From contig JAYWIR010000006.1 of NCBI GenBank assembly GCA_036172245.1, positions 5,828,001 through 5,892,000 of the forward strand: a stretch of DNA of 64,000 nucleotides, in the 5' to 3' direction. Every line of letters begins with the position of its first letter. The stretch's first letter is position 1. Of the stretch, positions 62,500 to 64,000 are shown one piece after another. Source of the DNA: Raillietiella orientalis (Eukaryota). The position numbers and the translations under genes were made by a program. Below the pieces are notes generated by a model. The model was not told where the DNA came from and made no database searches. It saw nothing but the letters and a program-made list of their open reading frames with translations.

Positions 62500-63450
62500 T
62501 GCCGGAAGTCCCCCCGCGGGCAACCCGCTCCCGATGCGCTCTCGGTGAGCATCGCCCAGCGCTTGTTGCCGCGGCGACCGCGCGAAGGCGGATGGCGAGA
62601 AGGGAAAGGGGCGTGGGGGCTACGCTTCCCCAGGTGGTCACACAGGCAGCCTTCTCCCCTTTCCACGGAGACGCCCTGGTTTCGGATCTCCAAAGCAGAA
62701 AGGCGCGGAGAGACGCTATCCCCACTTCGTTTGCCGGATCCGGAGTCAGGCATGGACCAGACCTGTTACGCGGAAACCCCCAGATGTCATCCCGCGGGCA
62801 CCATTCTACCTTCGCGATCTGCCGGGCCGCCCTTCGCTACTTCGAAGCCGTCGTGGCGCCTTCCCACTCGAGATCAATTCTGAGGGAGTCAAGGGTCATG
62901 AGCTCGCTCGGTTCATCCGAGCCAAAAATCGCCTCAGGACATTGTTGATTCAGGCCGCCAGCAGAAAGGTTGAAGTCGCTGGACCCCAGGAGTCGGTCGG
63001 AAGCCTCTCCCCCCTCTTCCCCGGCAGTTTGTGCTAAGGAACCCCGCTCATGGCGACGGCCGCGCATGGTTTCCTCTCTGTCTCCTGGCGACGCAGTCGC
63101 GCGCGCGCCAGCGCTCCTGTCGACTCTCCTCTCTATCGGTTGCTAGGGAACAGACGGAGCGACCCTCCCTTTCCGTGTCTTCGGGTGCCTGCGAGTTCCA
63201 GCATGGAGGACCCCCGGGAACAAGGAGAGGAGGAAGGAAAAAAATCTCCCAGAGGAGAAGTGCGTTTCCCTGGAGACCGAAGCTTCCCTTAGTTCCCTTC
63301 ACGCGACGTCCCCGTTTTCTTATCGCACGCCTCCGCAGGTTGCATCGATCTTTCGCGGAAGGTACATGCAGCCTCCATCCTCCCCCCGCCCCAGCCTGCT
63401 GGGGACCGGTTGCTGTGGAGACTGTGCAACCCAGACAGAGACATGCAGGG
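62500..63450 (+). mobile_element. Decayed LINE RT C-terminal half
   Basis: Ordered relics LRYFEAV..SILRES (cf. F..SG..IN..KS), GTPL (YLGxPL) and KKISQRRSAFPWRPKLPLV (cf. I..FxW..K..V). Confidence 0.4.
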
Positions 63451-64000
63451 TCACCACTTGAACACCGCGGCGAGGATAGTCGTGGCTTCTTGAAGGGAAT
63501 CTCGTAGGCACGCTCCCGCGCGCGCCCTTGGCCTTCCCAAGCCCGAGGTCGCTGTCGGCGAGGTGCGGTTCCTTCCGCATTCCCGGTGGAACCTCTGGGA
63601 GCGCTCTGCTGCCCCTTAGCACGCCGCCTCACTCCACGAAGGCGCTATCACCTCGAACCTTCCCGAAGAGGTCCGCCTGATGGCGGTGGGCGAGGAACGT
63701 CCCCGTCGGTATTGAAGAGGGCAGCAGCAGAGTCTTTTGCGGACACCTGCAAGTGTCGCAGCTCCGCTTCGCTGGGTGTCGCGAAGGGAATCCTCGCAAG
63801 GGACGGGGCTCGGATATGGTCCGGCCATCGGGTACTCCCCGATTGCCTCCCAGTGAGCCGCTGGAGCGCTTCCGCAAGAACCAAGGACCTCCTCTACGAG
63901 TCCGCCTCGTCCTCTTTTCCTGAGAAGATCGTCCTCACCGCAGCTTTCATCCTTTCCCGGGAAAAGGAAAGTGGAGGGCAACGCCACACTCCTTCCGCGG

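Noticed and set aside
1..64000. CRISPR arrays, rRNA genes or prokaryotic operons
   Set aside because: No regularly spaced direct repeats or rRNA-like sequence. The spliced gene and LINE/SINE content indicate eukaryotic DNA.

Overview
Eukaryotic genomic DNA, probably arthropod judging from the Fem-1 protein type. There is one intact protein-coding gene: a two-coding-exon fem-1 homolog (12496-14211 + 15407-15616, 641 aa), lying in an AT-rich, CpG-poor island. Most of the rest is a GC-rich mosaic of decayed repeats, and nearly all of the supplied ORFs are noise. I recognise four repeat classes. (i) Many fragments of an L1/Tx1-like LINE, with ORF1 CCHC knuckles, an APE start, RT motifs and zf-RVT. 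Its 3' end is a conserved multi-hairpin structure with compensatory base changes and no real poly(A) tail, and three copies lie in the same orientation at 18.2-23.3 kb. (ii) About 11 copies or fragments of a long (~750-800 bp) tRNA-headed SINE-like repeat with a duplicated B-box module. (iii) Three sharply bounded AT-rich islands (1.9-3.1, 23.4-24.6, 50.7-51.2 kb) that share inward-facing border motifs; two contain an inverted-repeat-flanked core cassette seen in both orientations, and the third contains perfect palindromes. (iv) Two small MITE-like elements. Repeat boundaries were judged by eye and are approximate. No database search or folding computation was run.
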